DNA from: an uncultured Methanosarcinales archaeon
GTDB lineage: Archaea; Nanobdellota; Nanobdellia; Woesearchaeales; SM23-78
Direction of reading: 5' to 3'
Assembly (NCBI GenBank): GCA_964354085.1
Contig: CAYGYA010000017.1
Location: forward strand, 961 to 64,960
Length of the DNA stretch: 64,000 nucleotides
The position numbers were made by a program, and so were the translations under genes. Every line of letters begins with the position of its first letter. Position 1 is the stretch's first letter. Shown one piece after another: positions 1 through 9,400 of the stretch. The notes beneath the pieces were generated by a model, which was not told where the DNA came from, searched no databases, and worked only from the letters and a program-made list of their open reading frames with translations.

Positions 1-730
1 GATGTATCTGTTGCTGTTGCATTAAGAGTATAAGTGGTGGTTGTTATGTTTGTGAAATTGGTTGGTTGGTTTATTGTTGTTGTTGGTCCTGTTCTGTCTA
101 TTGTTATGTTTGTGTGTGTGTCGTTTTGTCCTATGTTTCCTAGTGTGTCGTTGGCGTATGCTCTTATTTCATATGTTAGGCTGTCTTGTAGTCCTGTCAG
201 GTTCCATGTGCATATGTATGTTGTTCCTATTCCTGTGTTGTTTCTGCATGCAAGAGTCCATGTTGCTGTGCTGTTTTGTCTGTATAGGAATGTTACTGTA
301 CTTACTGCTGTCATGTCTGTTACTGTTGCATTGAGAGTGTATGTGTTGGTGCTTATATTTGTGAAGTTTGCCGGCTGGTTTAGTGTTGTTGTTGGTCCTG
401 TTCTGTCCAGGGTTATGTTAGTGTGAGTGTCATTATTTCCTAACTTGCCCCATGTATCATTAGCGTATGCTCTTATTTCATAGGTCTTTCCTTCAGGTAA
501 TGCTGATACATCCCAAGTGCATGTGTATGCTGGTCCTCCTGTTTTGTTAGTGCAGATTGTATGCCAACTGTCGCTTGAATTTTGCCTGTACATAAAGGTT
601 AAGGTGTCAACTGCTGTTGTGTCTGTTGCTGTTGCATTTATCAAATATGTACTTGAGCTGATGTTGGCGAAGCTGACTGGGCTTGTCAAAGTTGTTACAG
701 GACCTGTTGTATCAATATGTATTGTATAAT
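1..730 (-). repeat. Intragenic tandem repeat, period ~306-309 bp (~102 aa), two full copies plus one partial copy
   Basis: gttggtcctgttctgtc occurs at 84-100 and 393-409. gcgtatgctcttatttcata occurs at 154-173 and 463-482. Both pairs are offset by exactly 309 bp. A third, more diverged unit carries acaggacctgttgtatc near 699-715. Confidence 0.8.
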
Positions 731-3518
731 TGAACATGTAAGAGCCGCTTAAGGGCACAGTAGCATTATCCCAACAAATTATGTTCCAAAGAATGTTTCC
801 ATCAGGTAAGGTCGCGTTGATTATATTGGCACTGTTGTTTTGCACACTTGTTATGCTTGCGTTTGGAGCCCATGAACCAGTGGCATTAGTGTAGAGAGTG
901 CAATTGTTAAATCCTCTATCCTCACTTACTGTGAAATTAAATGAAATAGTTGATGAGCTTGTTATGTTAGTCATGTTACCAGGATAATTCAGAGCAGTAA
1001 CATTTGGAGGAAGGTTTGAGCTGTTATAATTGACAGTCACATAAATTTGTGTAACCCAGGCTAATCTGCTGGCAGAAGATGAATTTCTCAGGACTCCCCA
1101 TTCCATGTTGTTTATGGTAGTGTAATTCCATGGTTGTCCTGTTGCGGGATTGGTTGTGTAGTTCCATCCAGTAAGGCTATAGGTAGTCCAACTGTTTGAT
1201 AATGCTTGGGTGTTGCCATTATCATAATCAGTTCCTCCTTGTCTGTAGAATATTTCAAGACTGGCTGCTCCTCCTGTGTTTGATTTCATTCCTCGCACAC
1301 TAACAGCGACCCAATTGATAGCTAGAGGATTCTCGCTAAGATTCTGGAATGTGAAAGAATTCCTGCTAGTATCGTCGGGACTAGCTATGTATGTAGTGCC
1401 GTCGTCAGGAGTTGCTTCGGGGTCATCCACTGATTGCCATCGGGTAGCTGCCGGGCTACTGCCTGAGATTGTCCAGCTAACATAATTACCATCTCCGTCA
1501 GGGAGTTCATTTTCGCTTTGAGGGTCAACTGCAAGGTACCAAGGCCTTGCCTCATAGAAAATTCCAGAGTCATAGCTTACAAATGCCGGTCCTAGTTCGT
1601 ATAATTCTGGTGTTATTTTTGGTGGAGTTGCGCTGTAGCTTACAATAGAGTTGTTATTCAGGTTGCTCCATGTTAGATAAGTTTTGTTGTTACCGTTTGT
1701 TATTGTTGCTCCATTGCCATTTACTATTTCAAAACTGTCTGGCAAAACTTCTGTGAAGTTAAAGATTGTTGCGTTTGTGTGTGATATTATTCTTATGCTT
1801 GAGGTAAATGCTCCATTCCATGGGTCTGTTGTTGTTGGAGTGGTTCTAAGAATGTCGAACTCATAGTATGACTTTACTGTGAAGTATGAGTACATTGTAC
1901 TGTTGACATTATTTCCTTGAGCGCTCACTGATAAAGCATAGTTTCCTTCTAATGCTGTTTGGTTATAGCTAGTCTCGTATATCCCTCTACTGGTTTCTAT
2001 TATTTCTCCTCTTGCTGTGGTCAGATTAATAGTGCCATTGTCAGGAGCAGTTATTGTCAAGCTGACATCTGCGTTACTTACAAGGTGTCCCTGGGTGTCG
2101 AGCACCACCATTATTATTTCTGCTGTTTCTCCAGGATAATAAATTGGCTTTTTGGTGTTGATGCTGGCCACTCCTGTTTCTGCATAGCCAGGATCTTCAG
2201 GGCTTATTTCCAATTCATAATCCTGGCCCGGCACCAGGTCCATTATCTTGCTCCAGGTTCCTAGGCACGTCTGGGTTTCAAAGTCCCATTCCTTGCACTT
2301 CCATAATTCTGTGCCCTTTGCAGTTCCTGTGAGTGTTCCATTTGTGAAGTTTAGTGATGATGCATCAATTGCAAAGGCTTTAAGAACATTCTTCTTACCC
2401 CATCCTTTTCCCAAGCCTATATTGTTGAATGGGATTTCATCAATTCCAAGGCTGGTGTTGCGTGAAAGATTAAGCAATAGTTTTTTCAGCACTATTTTCT
2501 TGAATATTCTGTTTTGAGGGATGATTTGTGCAAACTCTGCTTGTTTGATGTCAAGAGTTGCGTTGCTATCATTAACATTAAGGCTTATCTCATTGTTCTG
2601 CTGGTCATAAAGAGTTATAGTAGCGCTTTCAGTAATTCCTTTGCTGCTGACTAATCTGATAACATTATCATTTTTGCCTTGTGGCTGTGGCGTTGGTTCA
2701 CAAGTCTCATTTGTTGAAGGTTGAGGAGTTAATTCTTGGGAGGATGGTTGATACGGTGTGGGTTGAGGAAGAGATTTTTCTAAAACTTGGAATTCATGTC
2801 TTTCTATTTCATTATTATCCTTATCTCTCAGAACTAAATAATGAGTTCCTATTCCTCTTGGTACGAACTTTATTTCTTTTAAGTCGCCCATGTATCTTTG
2901 AACAAAGCCTTGGTATTCATAGTACAATTTGTAATCCTGTTCCTCTGTTAACGACAAGCTAACGCTCGCAATAACAGGCTCTCCAATTGCATAAATTTCT
3001 TTATCAGTGAATATCTTTTTGACTATCTCATTGTTTTGGTTTGTTTCATTAACTTCAATTGTAGTATTTGTTTCATTGCTGGCTTGATTGCTGGTGTTGT
3101 TAATAGCCTCGTTTATTGTTTCATTGATGGTTTCATTTTCTTGTGCTGGTTTTCCTACATAGAAATCCAATGAATCAACAATCACCTGGTTTGTTTTGCT
3201 TGTTAGCTCAACCCTGTATGGTCCTTCTTCTTTTGGGTAGAAGTCAATATTGTTTTTCAGTTCTCCTCCGTACCTATAGAAATTTTGATTAGAGTAAACA
3301 CTCATATCATAATCATTGAGATTGGGTGATGTTATTATGAGAGTTACTTTTTCACCAACATCATAGTAAGGCTTCTCAACAGAGAGGTAAAGGAGCTTCT
3401 GCGGCTGGTCTTCGCTGAGGGTAAGGGTTGCGCTTGCTAGAATAAGGACTATTAAAGCCAGCAGAAGTCCTATGCTCCTCTTTTTTCTATCTGTTTTGTT
3501 TTGGGTTGTTGGTTTCAT
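1..3518 (-). CDS. Giant secreted/cell-surface adhesin-like protein with signal-anchor and Ig-like repeat modules; partial, the C-terminus runs off the left window edge (>1172 aa)
   Basis: ATG at 3518-3516 gives MKPTTQNKTDRKKRSIGLLLALIVLILASATLTL (hydrophobic signal/anchor). I hand-checked the frame at both ends (bases 59-3 read NFTNITTTTYTLNATATDT). It is missing from the ORF track only because no stop lies in the window. Dense N-x-S/T sequons. Three ~100-aa D(R/T)TGP...YEIRAYANDT modules sit at the edge. The + strand ORFs at 34-2962 are V/L/F/C-rich antisense shadows. Confidence 0.85.
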   Translation of the reverse strand, partial: MKPTTQNKTDRKKRSIGLLLALIVLILASATLTLSEDQPQKLLYLSVEKPYYDVGEKVTLIITSPNLNDYDMSVYSNQNFYRYGGELKNNIDFYPKEEGPYRVELTSKTNQVIVDSLDFYVGKPAQENETINETINEAINNTSNQASNETNTTIEVNETNQNNEIVKKIFTDKEIYAIGEPVIASVSLSLTEEQDYKLYYEYQGFVQRYMGDLKEIKFVPRGIGTHYLVLRDKDNNEIERHEFQVLEKSLPQPTPYQPSSQELTPQPSTNETCEPTPQPQGKNDNVIRLVSSKGITESATITLYDQQNNEISLNVNDSNATLDIKQAEFAQIIPQNRIFKKIVLKKLLLNLSRNTSLGIDEIPFNNIGLGKGWGKKNVLKAFAIDASSLNFTNGTLTGTAKGTELWKCKEWDFETQTCLGTWSKIMDLVPGQDYELEISPEDPGYAETGVASINTKKPIYYPGETAEIIMVVLDTQGHLVSNADVSLTITAPDNGTINLTTARGEIIETSRGIYETSYNQTALEGNYALSVSAQGNNVNSTMYSYFTVKSYYEFDILRTTPTTTDPWNGAFTSSIRIISHTNATIFNFTEVLPDSFEIVNGNGATITNGNNKTYLTWSNLNNNSIVSYSATPPKITPELYELGPAFVSYDSGIFYEARPWYLAVDPQSENELPDGDGNYVSWTISGSSPAATRWQSVDDPEATPDDGTTYIASPDDTSRNSFTFQNLSENPLAINWVAVSVRGMKSNTGGAASLEIFYRQGGTDYDNGNTQALSNSWTTYSLTGWNYTTNPATGQPWNYTTINNMEWGVLRNSSSASRLAWVTQIYVTVNYNSSNLPPNVTALNYPGNMTNITSSSTISFNFTVSEDRGFNNCTLYTNATGSWAPNASITSVQNNSANIINATLPDGNILWNIICWDNATVPLSGSYMFNYTIHIDTTGPVTTLTSPVSFANISSSTYLINATATDTTAVDTLTFMYRQNSSDSWHTICTNKTGGPAYTCTWDVSALPEGKTYEIRAYANDTWGKLGNNDTHTNITLDRTGPTTTLNQPANFTNISTNTYTLNATVTDMTAVSTVTFLYRQNSTATWTLACRNNTGIGTTYICTWNLTGLQDSLTYEIRAYANDTLGNIGQNDTHTNITIDRTGPTTTINQPTNFTNITTTTYTLNATATDT

Positions 3519-3546
3519 AGTTTTGATTTTGAGTCTGATTTTGATT

Positions 3547-4140
3547 TCATGGTATCAGCTTTGAGTACCTCAGTTTTAGCTCGTCCTCTATCTCTCTGAT
3601 GTACTCGTAATACTTTTCATAGCCCTGCAGGATGGTGTGCTTTTCATGCAGTTCCTTGGTTTTCAGCATCTCTTTGAGAAAACTCTCTTTGGTGTGAATC
3701 TCTGTCTTGTAATCCTTTATTACCTGCTTTAGAATTGCTTTTTCAAACTGTTCCTTTTCTTCTGGCTTGTCAAGCACAAAAAGAATCCTGTCCCTGCTTT
3801 TGAGCACAAGCTGGAGGTTGATGATTCTCTTGGCTTTGTCAATATAATCAATTACTTGCTGCAGCTCAGGATTTTGTTTCAGCTCAGATGCTTTCTTGTG
3901 TATCTCATTGAGAATGAGCAGATAAATGGTTTCATCATTCTTGAGGTTGAGTGAGCACAGATATGAGCGGCCTATTATGGTCTTCCTAAAGATGTTGTTC
4001 TTTATGAGAAGCGTGACTTTCTTATTGATATAAGGATATTTTTTCCCTAGCTTATGTGCTATCTGGTTTATGCTGTATAGAGAACTGATGTCCTTGGAGT
4101 ACAGGCTGATTATTTCCTGCTCTAGCTTGTTGCCAATCAC
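3547..4140 (-). CDS. Hypothetical protein with N-terminal winged-helix-like DNA-binding region and K/E-rich helical C-terminal half
   Basis: GTG start at 4140. The N-terminal ~70 aa (SLYSINQIAHKLGKKYPYINKKVTLLIKNNIFRKTIIGRSYLCSLN) looks like an HTH plus beta-wing. No family recognised. It sits directly upstream of the giant adhesin gene. Confidence 0.5.
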   Translation of the reverse strand: MIGNKLEQEIISLYSKDISSLYSINQIAHKLGKKYPYINKKVTLLIKNNIFRKTIIGRSYLCSLNLKNDETIYLLILNEIHKKASELKQNPELQQVIDYIDKAKRIINLQLVLKSRDRILFVLDKPEEKEQFEKAILKQVIKDYKTEIHTKESFLKEMLKTKELHEKHTILQGYEKYYEYIREIEDELKLRYSKLIP

Positions 4141-4185
4141 TATGAAACCCTCAAACCCGTCTATTATACCTTTTATAATATAATA

Positions 4186-4258
4186 ATATACTCTTTTAAG
4201 AGCATATTATTTATAAATATTTCGATTTTGCCTTAAGTTATACTCTTAAGAGTATAAT
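4186..4258. promoter_or_regulatory. Two related palindromes (candidate operator pair) upstream of the wHTH gene
   Basis: Perfect 20-bp palindrome TTATACTCTTAAGAGTATAA at 4239-4258. Imperfect 22-bp palindrome ATATACTCTTTTAAGAGCATAT at 4186-4207. Both share the core ACTCTT..AAGAG and lie 46-118 bp upstream of the GTG at 4140. Confidence 0.45.
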
Positions 4259-4396
4259 AAAACGCTATAAAGAAAACTCTCTCCTATGGTGAATAAACCA
4301 TTCTCCCCTCAAAACAATAATTTAAGATCCTGAAACCAAAGTATTTAAGCTTTTCTAAAATCTAAAATTAAAACTAGAACTAAACAAGAGAATTAC

Positions 4397-4726
4397 TTAT
4401 GCTGTTTTAATCTCTTTAAGAACAATATCTGCTCCGCACAAAACCTTTGGCTGTTTACTGCATTCTGGGCATTCAAACAAGGTAAAATCATGGTGCTGGG
4501 CAAGTATTCGCGGAGCTCCTTCATAGCCACACTCGCACTTAACCTTGGCTTTGATGTTGTTCACAATTATCTTAAAATCAGCCATTGCCCTAAGAATTTC
4601 TTTGAGCTCATTTGCTGGCAGATGTGCAAGTTCCCCAACTTCCAGGGTTATTGATTTTATTTTTTTTCCCTTTGCCTTTGCCCTGGCTTCTTTTAGAATT
4701 TCTTTTGCAATAATGGTTTCGTGCAT
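4397..4726 (-). CDS. hypA: HypA/HybF-like metallochaperone (Ni-binding MHE N-terminus plus Zn ribbon)
   Basis: Starts MHETIIAKEIL. Has a CxC...CPxC zinc site (KCECG ... ECPECS). At 109 aa, the layout matches the HypA family. Confidence 0.7.
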   Translation of the reverse strand: MHETIIAKEILKEARAKAKGKKIKSITLEVGELAHLPANELKEILRAMADFKIIVNNIKAKVKCECGYEGAPRILAQHHDFTLFECPECSKQPKVLCGADIVLKEIKTA

Positions 4727-4770
4727 TCTTAAATCGATTTTTTGTTTTTTGTTCTTTTTTCCTATTATTT

Positions 4771-5910
4771 TTATGGCTGTTTTTCTTCTTCCTCATCACT
4801 CAGCCTGCTGGTGATTATCCTTCGCTTCTTTAGTATGTCCCCTAGCCCTAGCTCTGCTGATGGCTTTGCTTCTTTTTTTGGCTCTTCTTTTTGCTCAAAT
4901 GGTTTTTCTTCCATTTGAGGTCTCTTTGCAATACCATCTATTCTTGATAATCCATCTGTCTTAGATACTCCATCTATCTTGTTCAGATACTCTGATTCTG
5001 CTCCAGGCATTTTTTCCTCTCTAACCACGGCCTCATCAAGCATCAAGCCACGGCCTCCCCTTAGCTCGCTCTTTATTTTCTTTACAGTCTCTTTTAGCTC
5101 TATTTTCATGTGTTTTGAACGCTCATCAAGCAGTTTCATAATATTGCCTGTGTGCTTCTCAAATTCTGTGAACCTGTCCATGAGGCTTCCGAACTCCTTT
5201 TTCTCTGCTTTGTTGCTTAGCTGGAGCTTCATATTGTCAAAGTCTCCTTGCATGGCGTGGAAGGTTTTCTCAACCTCGTCAATTGTGCGTTGGAATTTAT
5301 CAAATTCTGCATACTTCTTTTCTAGGTCAAGGAAGATGCTTTCTGACTTGTCAGCATGCCTCTCAATAACTGCCTCAACTTTCTTAATCTCAAGAATCTC
5401 TCCCTTAACCTCCTCATTAAGCTTGACAACCTGCTCTATTCCCTTGTAGAAGTTCATCTGCTGCCTTATCTTTTTCAGCTCTTCCATAAGGTCTCTCATC
5501 ATTGCTTCATTGCTCTCAATATTAGCTTTAAGAGCTTCTGCTTTTCCTTCCTGCTTTCTTATCTCAATCATCAGTTTCTCAGGTTGCACGCTCTCAACAA
5601 GGTCAATTGCTTTGGTAGCGCTCACCTCTATCTTAGACATGGTCTTGTTAGTATCCATTATCATGCCACGCAATTCTCCCATCTGCTCGCTTACTCTTGA
5701 AAATCTCTCAGAATTAGCCTTCCTAATTTCATTCAGGGATTCTAGCTGGGCTTTTATCCTGGTAAGCTCTATGTCTACCTTTGCATTTCCAGAACTGAAG
5801 CTGTCTTCTTTTTTCTCCTGGCCAGCAGCTGACGCCTCTGCCTCTGTCTGGGCAATCCCATCAGCTATGATGTCATCTCTGCTCTTCTTTTTTCCTCCAA
5901 ATAAGCCCAA
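4771..5910 (-). CDS. Coiled-coil protein (about 379 aa), function unknown
   Basis: TTG at 5910 is preceded by the SD GAGAGGTGA and gives MGLFGGKKKSRDD. The longer track ORF (to 5985) begins with TTG inside the end of the upstream gene. E/K/L heptad-rich throughout, with no TM segment. Confidence 0.6.
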   Translation of the reverse strand: MGLFGGKKKSRDDIIADGIAQTEAEASAAGQEKKEDSFSSGNAKVDIELTRIKAQLESLNEIRKANSERFSRVSEQMGELRGMIMDTNKTMSKIEVSATKAIDLVESVQPEKLMIEIRKQEGKAEALKANIESNEAMMRDLMEELKKIRQQMNFYKGIEQVVKLNEEVKGEILEIKKVEAVIERHADKSESIFLDLEKKYAEFDKFQRTIDEVEKTFHAMQGDFDNMKLQLSNKAEKKEFGSLMDRFTEFEKHTGNIMKLLDERSKHMKIELKETVKKIKSELRGGRGLMLDEAVVREEKMPGAESEYLNKIDGVSKTDGLSRIDGIAKRPQMEEKPFEQKEEPKKEAKPSAELGLGDILKKRRIITSRLSDEEEEKQP

Positions 5911-5974
5911 TAGTTCACCTCTCTTTTTTTTATTAAATTGATAATGAAATATTTTAATATATTTATGAATTCGA

Positions 5975-6481
5975 TTAATCTTCAATTACCTTTTCTGTTT
6001 CCTTTGCTACTCTCTCCCTTAGTTTTTGGATAATGTCTTTTTTCACATTAAGCTCTTCTTCTTTTAATGCTTCTTGTAGCTCTGATTCTGCCCTTTTTAA
6101 AATTTGCTCTACTTCATCAAAATCTCGTTGTTCATGGGTCACTTCTGCCATTTTGATCTTGGCATTAGCATTCCTTAGCACCAGGTCTGCTATTAGAGGG
6201 TCTTTGCCTGCCCTCCTCGCATCGCTTATCCTGGATTTTAGCTCTTTTAATGCTTCATTCAAGCGCGTTATTCTTGTCTGATGCATCTCTTCGCTTTTCT
6301 CATCAGGCAAAAGCTTTTTTTTAGCATCCAGCCTTCTCAGCTTCTCATCATAAGCTTCTTCTATTTTCCTGTTGGTCTCGTTTACTTCTTTAACAAGCTT
6401 TCTAATTATAAATCCGTCATCCTCTTGTGCTTCATTGCTTTCTTGCGCTTCATTATTATCCATGCTCTGTTTCTCTTCCAT
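5975..6481 (-). CDS. Acidic coiled-coil protein (168 aa), function unknown
   Basis: ATG at 6481, 10 nt after the stop of the ATPase gene. Acidic N-terminus (NNEAQESNEAQEDD) followed by long helical K/E-rich segments. Confidence 0.6.
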   Translation of the reverse strand: MEEKQSMDNNEAQESNEAQEDDGFIIRKLVKEVNETNRKIEEAYDEKLRRLDAKKKLLPDEKSEEMHQTRITRLNEALKELKSRISDARRAGKDPLIADLVLRNANAKIKMAEVTHEQRDFDEVEQILKRAESELQEALKEEELNVKKDIIQKLRERVAKETEKVIED

Positions 6482-6491
6482 GCTCTATTTT

Positions 6492-9400
6492 TCACCCGCT
6501 CTCTAATGCTTGTAATAGGTTGTTCTTGTCATGAATATTACTTATCTTTTCTGCTAGCTCATCATTATGCAGCCCCTTCTTAACCCAGTCTGCGAACTTA
6601 TTGTAATCTTCGCCAACATAATGCTTGAAAGTGATTTCATCCATCTGGCTGATAATTTTCTTCAGCTCTCCTATTGTTTTTATCTCTTCGCCATTGTCCA
6701 GCTTGAAGGTATATGTTATGGTTGCTTCTATTCCATTAGTCTCTTTTTCTTCTTTATTCACTTTTTTCTCAAGATCATGTTCTGATTTTTTCTTCTCACT
6801 TTCAACTATTTCTGGTGGCTTAGCCATTTCCTCAAAAGCCTTTGCCTCATTTAACTTCTTTACACTGTCAATATTAAGCTTTGGCAGTGGTTTGTTATCC
6901 CTTCTAAGAGCCAGGAGGTCGAGCATCTCTGGTTTTGTGCGGGCTAATTTAAGGTGGTCTGCTAGTTCCTTGTCCTCAACAGCATTCTGTACCCAGTCTG
7001 AAAAGTCATTCTTGGCTCCACTAACGTGCTTTTCAAAGTCCTCGTCTTTCATGGCTGATATCTCGTCAAAAAGGCTAGCCATGTTTATTACTAGCATACC
7101 GTTCACGAGCTTGAGTATTTTTTCAGGGCTCACATCCTTTCTGAAAAGCGCTGCTCCGCTTACTTCTTTTTTCTCTCCTTCTTCTGATTTTGCAGATTCT
7201 TTTTTCATCTCAGCCTCAAACTGCTCTCTTGCCTTTTTGGCTTTTGTAATTGCTTCTTGCAACTCTTCTTCTGAGACCAGTTTTTTCTCGAGCTTCTCAG
7301 GTTTTTTACCTAGCTTAGCCCAGTTCTTCTCTATTCTAGGGGTTAGGCCATCAAGGTATATCTGTACCATGTTGAAGTTGCCTGTTTTTACCTTGTCAGT
7401 TGCGAGCTTAAGCTCAAGCTTTAGGTCAAACACGTCAAGCCCTTCTTTTTCCAGCTGCTCAAGCTCGAATTGCAATTGGTCTATCTTGTCGTTGTATTCA
7501 TTGTACTTCTCAATTTCTTCATCAGTAAGCCTTTGCACACTGTGCAGCAGCGGCCTGAAGGCGATGAAATAAGGCTTACCTCTATTATAGTGTGGGTTCT
7601 CTACCATCCCGCTACCAACAGTTGCCTTTACTAGAGATCGCAGGACTTCTTCTCCGTATTTTACCCTGATTCTTTCCAGGTCTCCTTCATCTCTTGTCCT
7701 CATCTGGATTTCTGTGTTAATGTTAGCTTTGATAGTTCCGACAAAGTCGCTCAAAACCTGTGATATCAACAGCATGCCAAGTCCCCATTTTCTGAACTCT
7801 CTGCATCCTCTTTCTATCTGGAGGAATCCTTCTCCGCTTCCTCCGAATTTGGGCAGCAGCCTGTGAACCTCATCATAAACAAACAATACTTTGAGAGTTC
7901 TGCTCTCTCCAAAGTTTGCCCTGAAAATCTCCCTGATGCTGTTTGATACAAACATATCCATTTCTTTTGGCTCGAGCTTGTGGCAGGCAAAGATTTGTAT
8001 CTCTCCAGGCTTCACATATTTCTTGATATCAATTATTTCTCTTGGATTTGATATCTGCCTTATATTCCCGCTAAATGCTCTTGCATCAGTTGGCTTCATG
8101 CCAAAGAATGGATAGAGTGCAAACATGGTCTTGTCTGTACATTTCCTAAGCATGCCTGTCCACTGAGCTGTTGGGTCAAACACAATCACAGCCACTCCTT
8201 TCAGAAGCATTTCTTCTACAATAGCCTGGGCAGATACTGTTTTTCCTCCTCCTGTGCTTCCTGCATCTATGGTGTGAGTCATAAAGGCTTCAAGGTTGAA
8301 ATAGGTTTTGTGGTCTGTCTCTGCTATTTTTCCAACAAATATGCTTCTTGGCCCTGGCTTTGGTAGCTCATTAAGCTCTACTTTGAGATGGAATTTCTTT
8401 TTGGATTCTATTCTCTTTTTTATTTGCCAGTAAGCTAATAGCCCTAGAGCAACAAGTATTAGGAAGAGCAAGACATGCCATACTCTTATTGGGCCTACCA
8501 GCAATATCAAGTACCAGGGAGTGCTTATCTTGAACATAGTGCTTGTTCCTGCGCTTAATCCGAGATAGTTGGCAGTGACTCTGAGTATGTAGTCTCCGGG
8601 CTTTGCATCTCTCGGTATTATGGCATTCTTGAGCATAGAGAATGATGTTTTTAGGAATACGTTGGTTTCATAGTCCCACAGTGTTTCTTTTCCCTCAACA
8701 TCCTGGATAGTATAATATAGCTGCACAGGGTATTGTAAGTCTGTTAGCAGGTTTCTCAAATCAGTTTTGAATTTTAAGGTGTCACCCGGATAGGCTATTT
8801 TCTTGTTGAGCTCAAGGTCTATTAGTAATGCTTGCACAGGAAGTTTTTCTTTTGACAGTATCTCAATGGTGATAGGTATGCTTGCATTTATATCTCCGCT
8901 CATGAGCAGAGTACCGTTGTATACCCCGACATCCCCGACTCCGAATATGGTAATAGTCATGTAGTCAGAGCCATGAGGCATGAGCACCATTGATATCTTA
9001 TCCATTTTTATGAGGTTACTGACATTTCCCTCAATTGTGAAATAAACAGTTGCTGGCTTTTCCTTGAAGCTGAAAAGGGTAATCTTTTCCTGAAGGAAGT
9101 TTCCTAGGCGCAGTTTCCTGTTAATCTCAGATATTGAGACCACATAATCTGTTCCCTCAATTTTTTGTGGCCTTTGGATTACTGGAGGCATATCATATTC
9201 TGCTGTCTTGGTTTTTGTCCCTTTCGCATCGACTCCTGTATCAAAGGTGTTTCCTGGTTCATCATAGCCAGGCCCTATGCCTGGATTCGGCGGATTAATA
9301 GGCTGCTTTGCCACCATGACAATATTGTGCATAGTTCCGTTTCCTCTTGTTATGTTCACGTTGCTAATATATGTCTCGTATCCTGTTTTCATTGCATAAA

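Noticed and set aside
34-2962. Many + strand ORFs (130, 90, 70, 101, 89, 93 aa and others) with V/L/F/C-rich low-complexity translations
   Set aside because: They lie antisense to one continuous minus-strand reading frame (1-3518) that encodes a plausible secreted repeat protein. Their composition mirrors the T/N/S-rich codons of that gene.
6625-7572. 315-aa Ser/Phe-rich + strand ORF and similar ORFs across 6033-10092
   Set aside because: They are antisense shadows of the K/E-rich coiled-coil and ATPase genes. They have no start context and a low-complexity composition.
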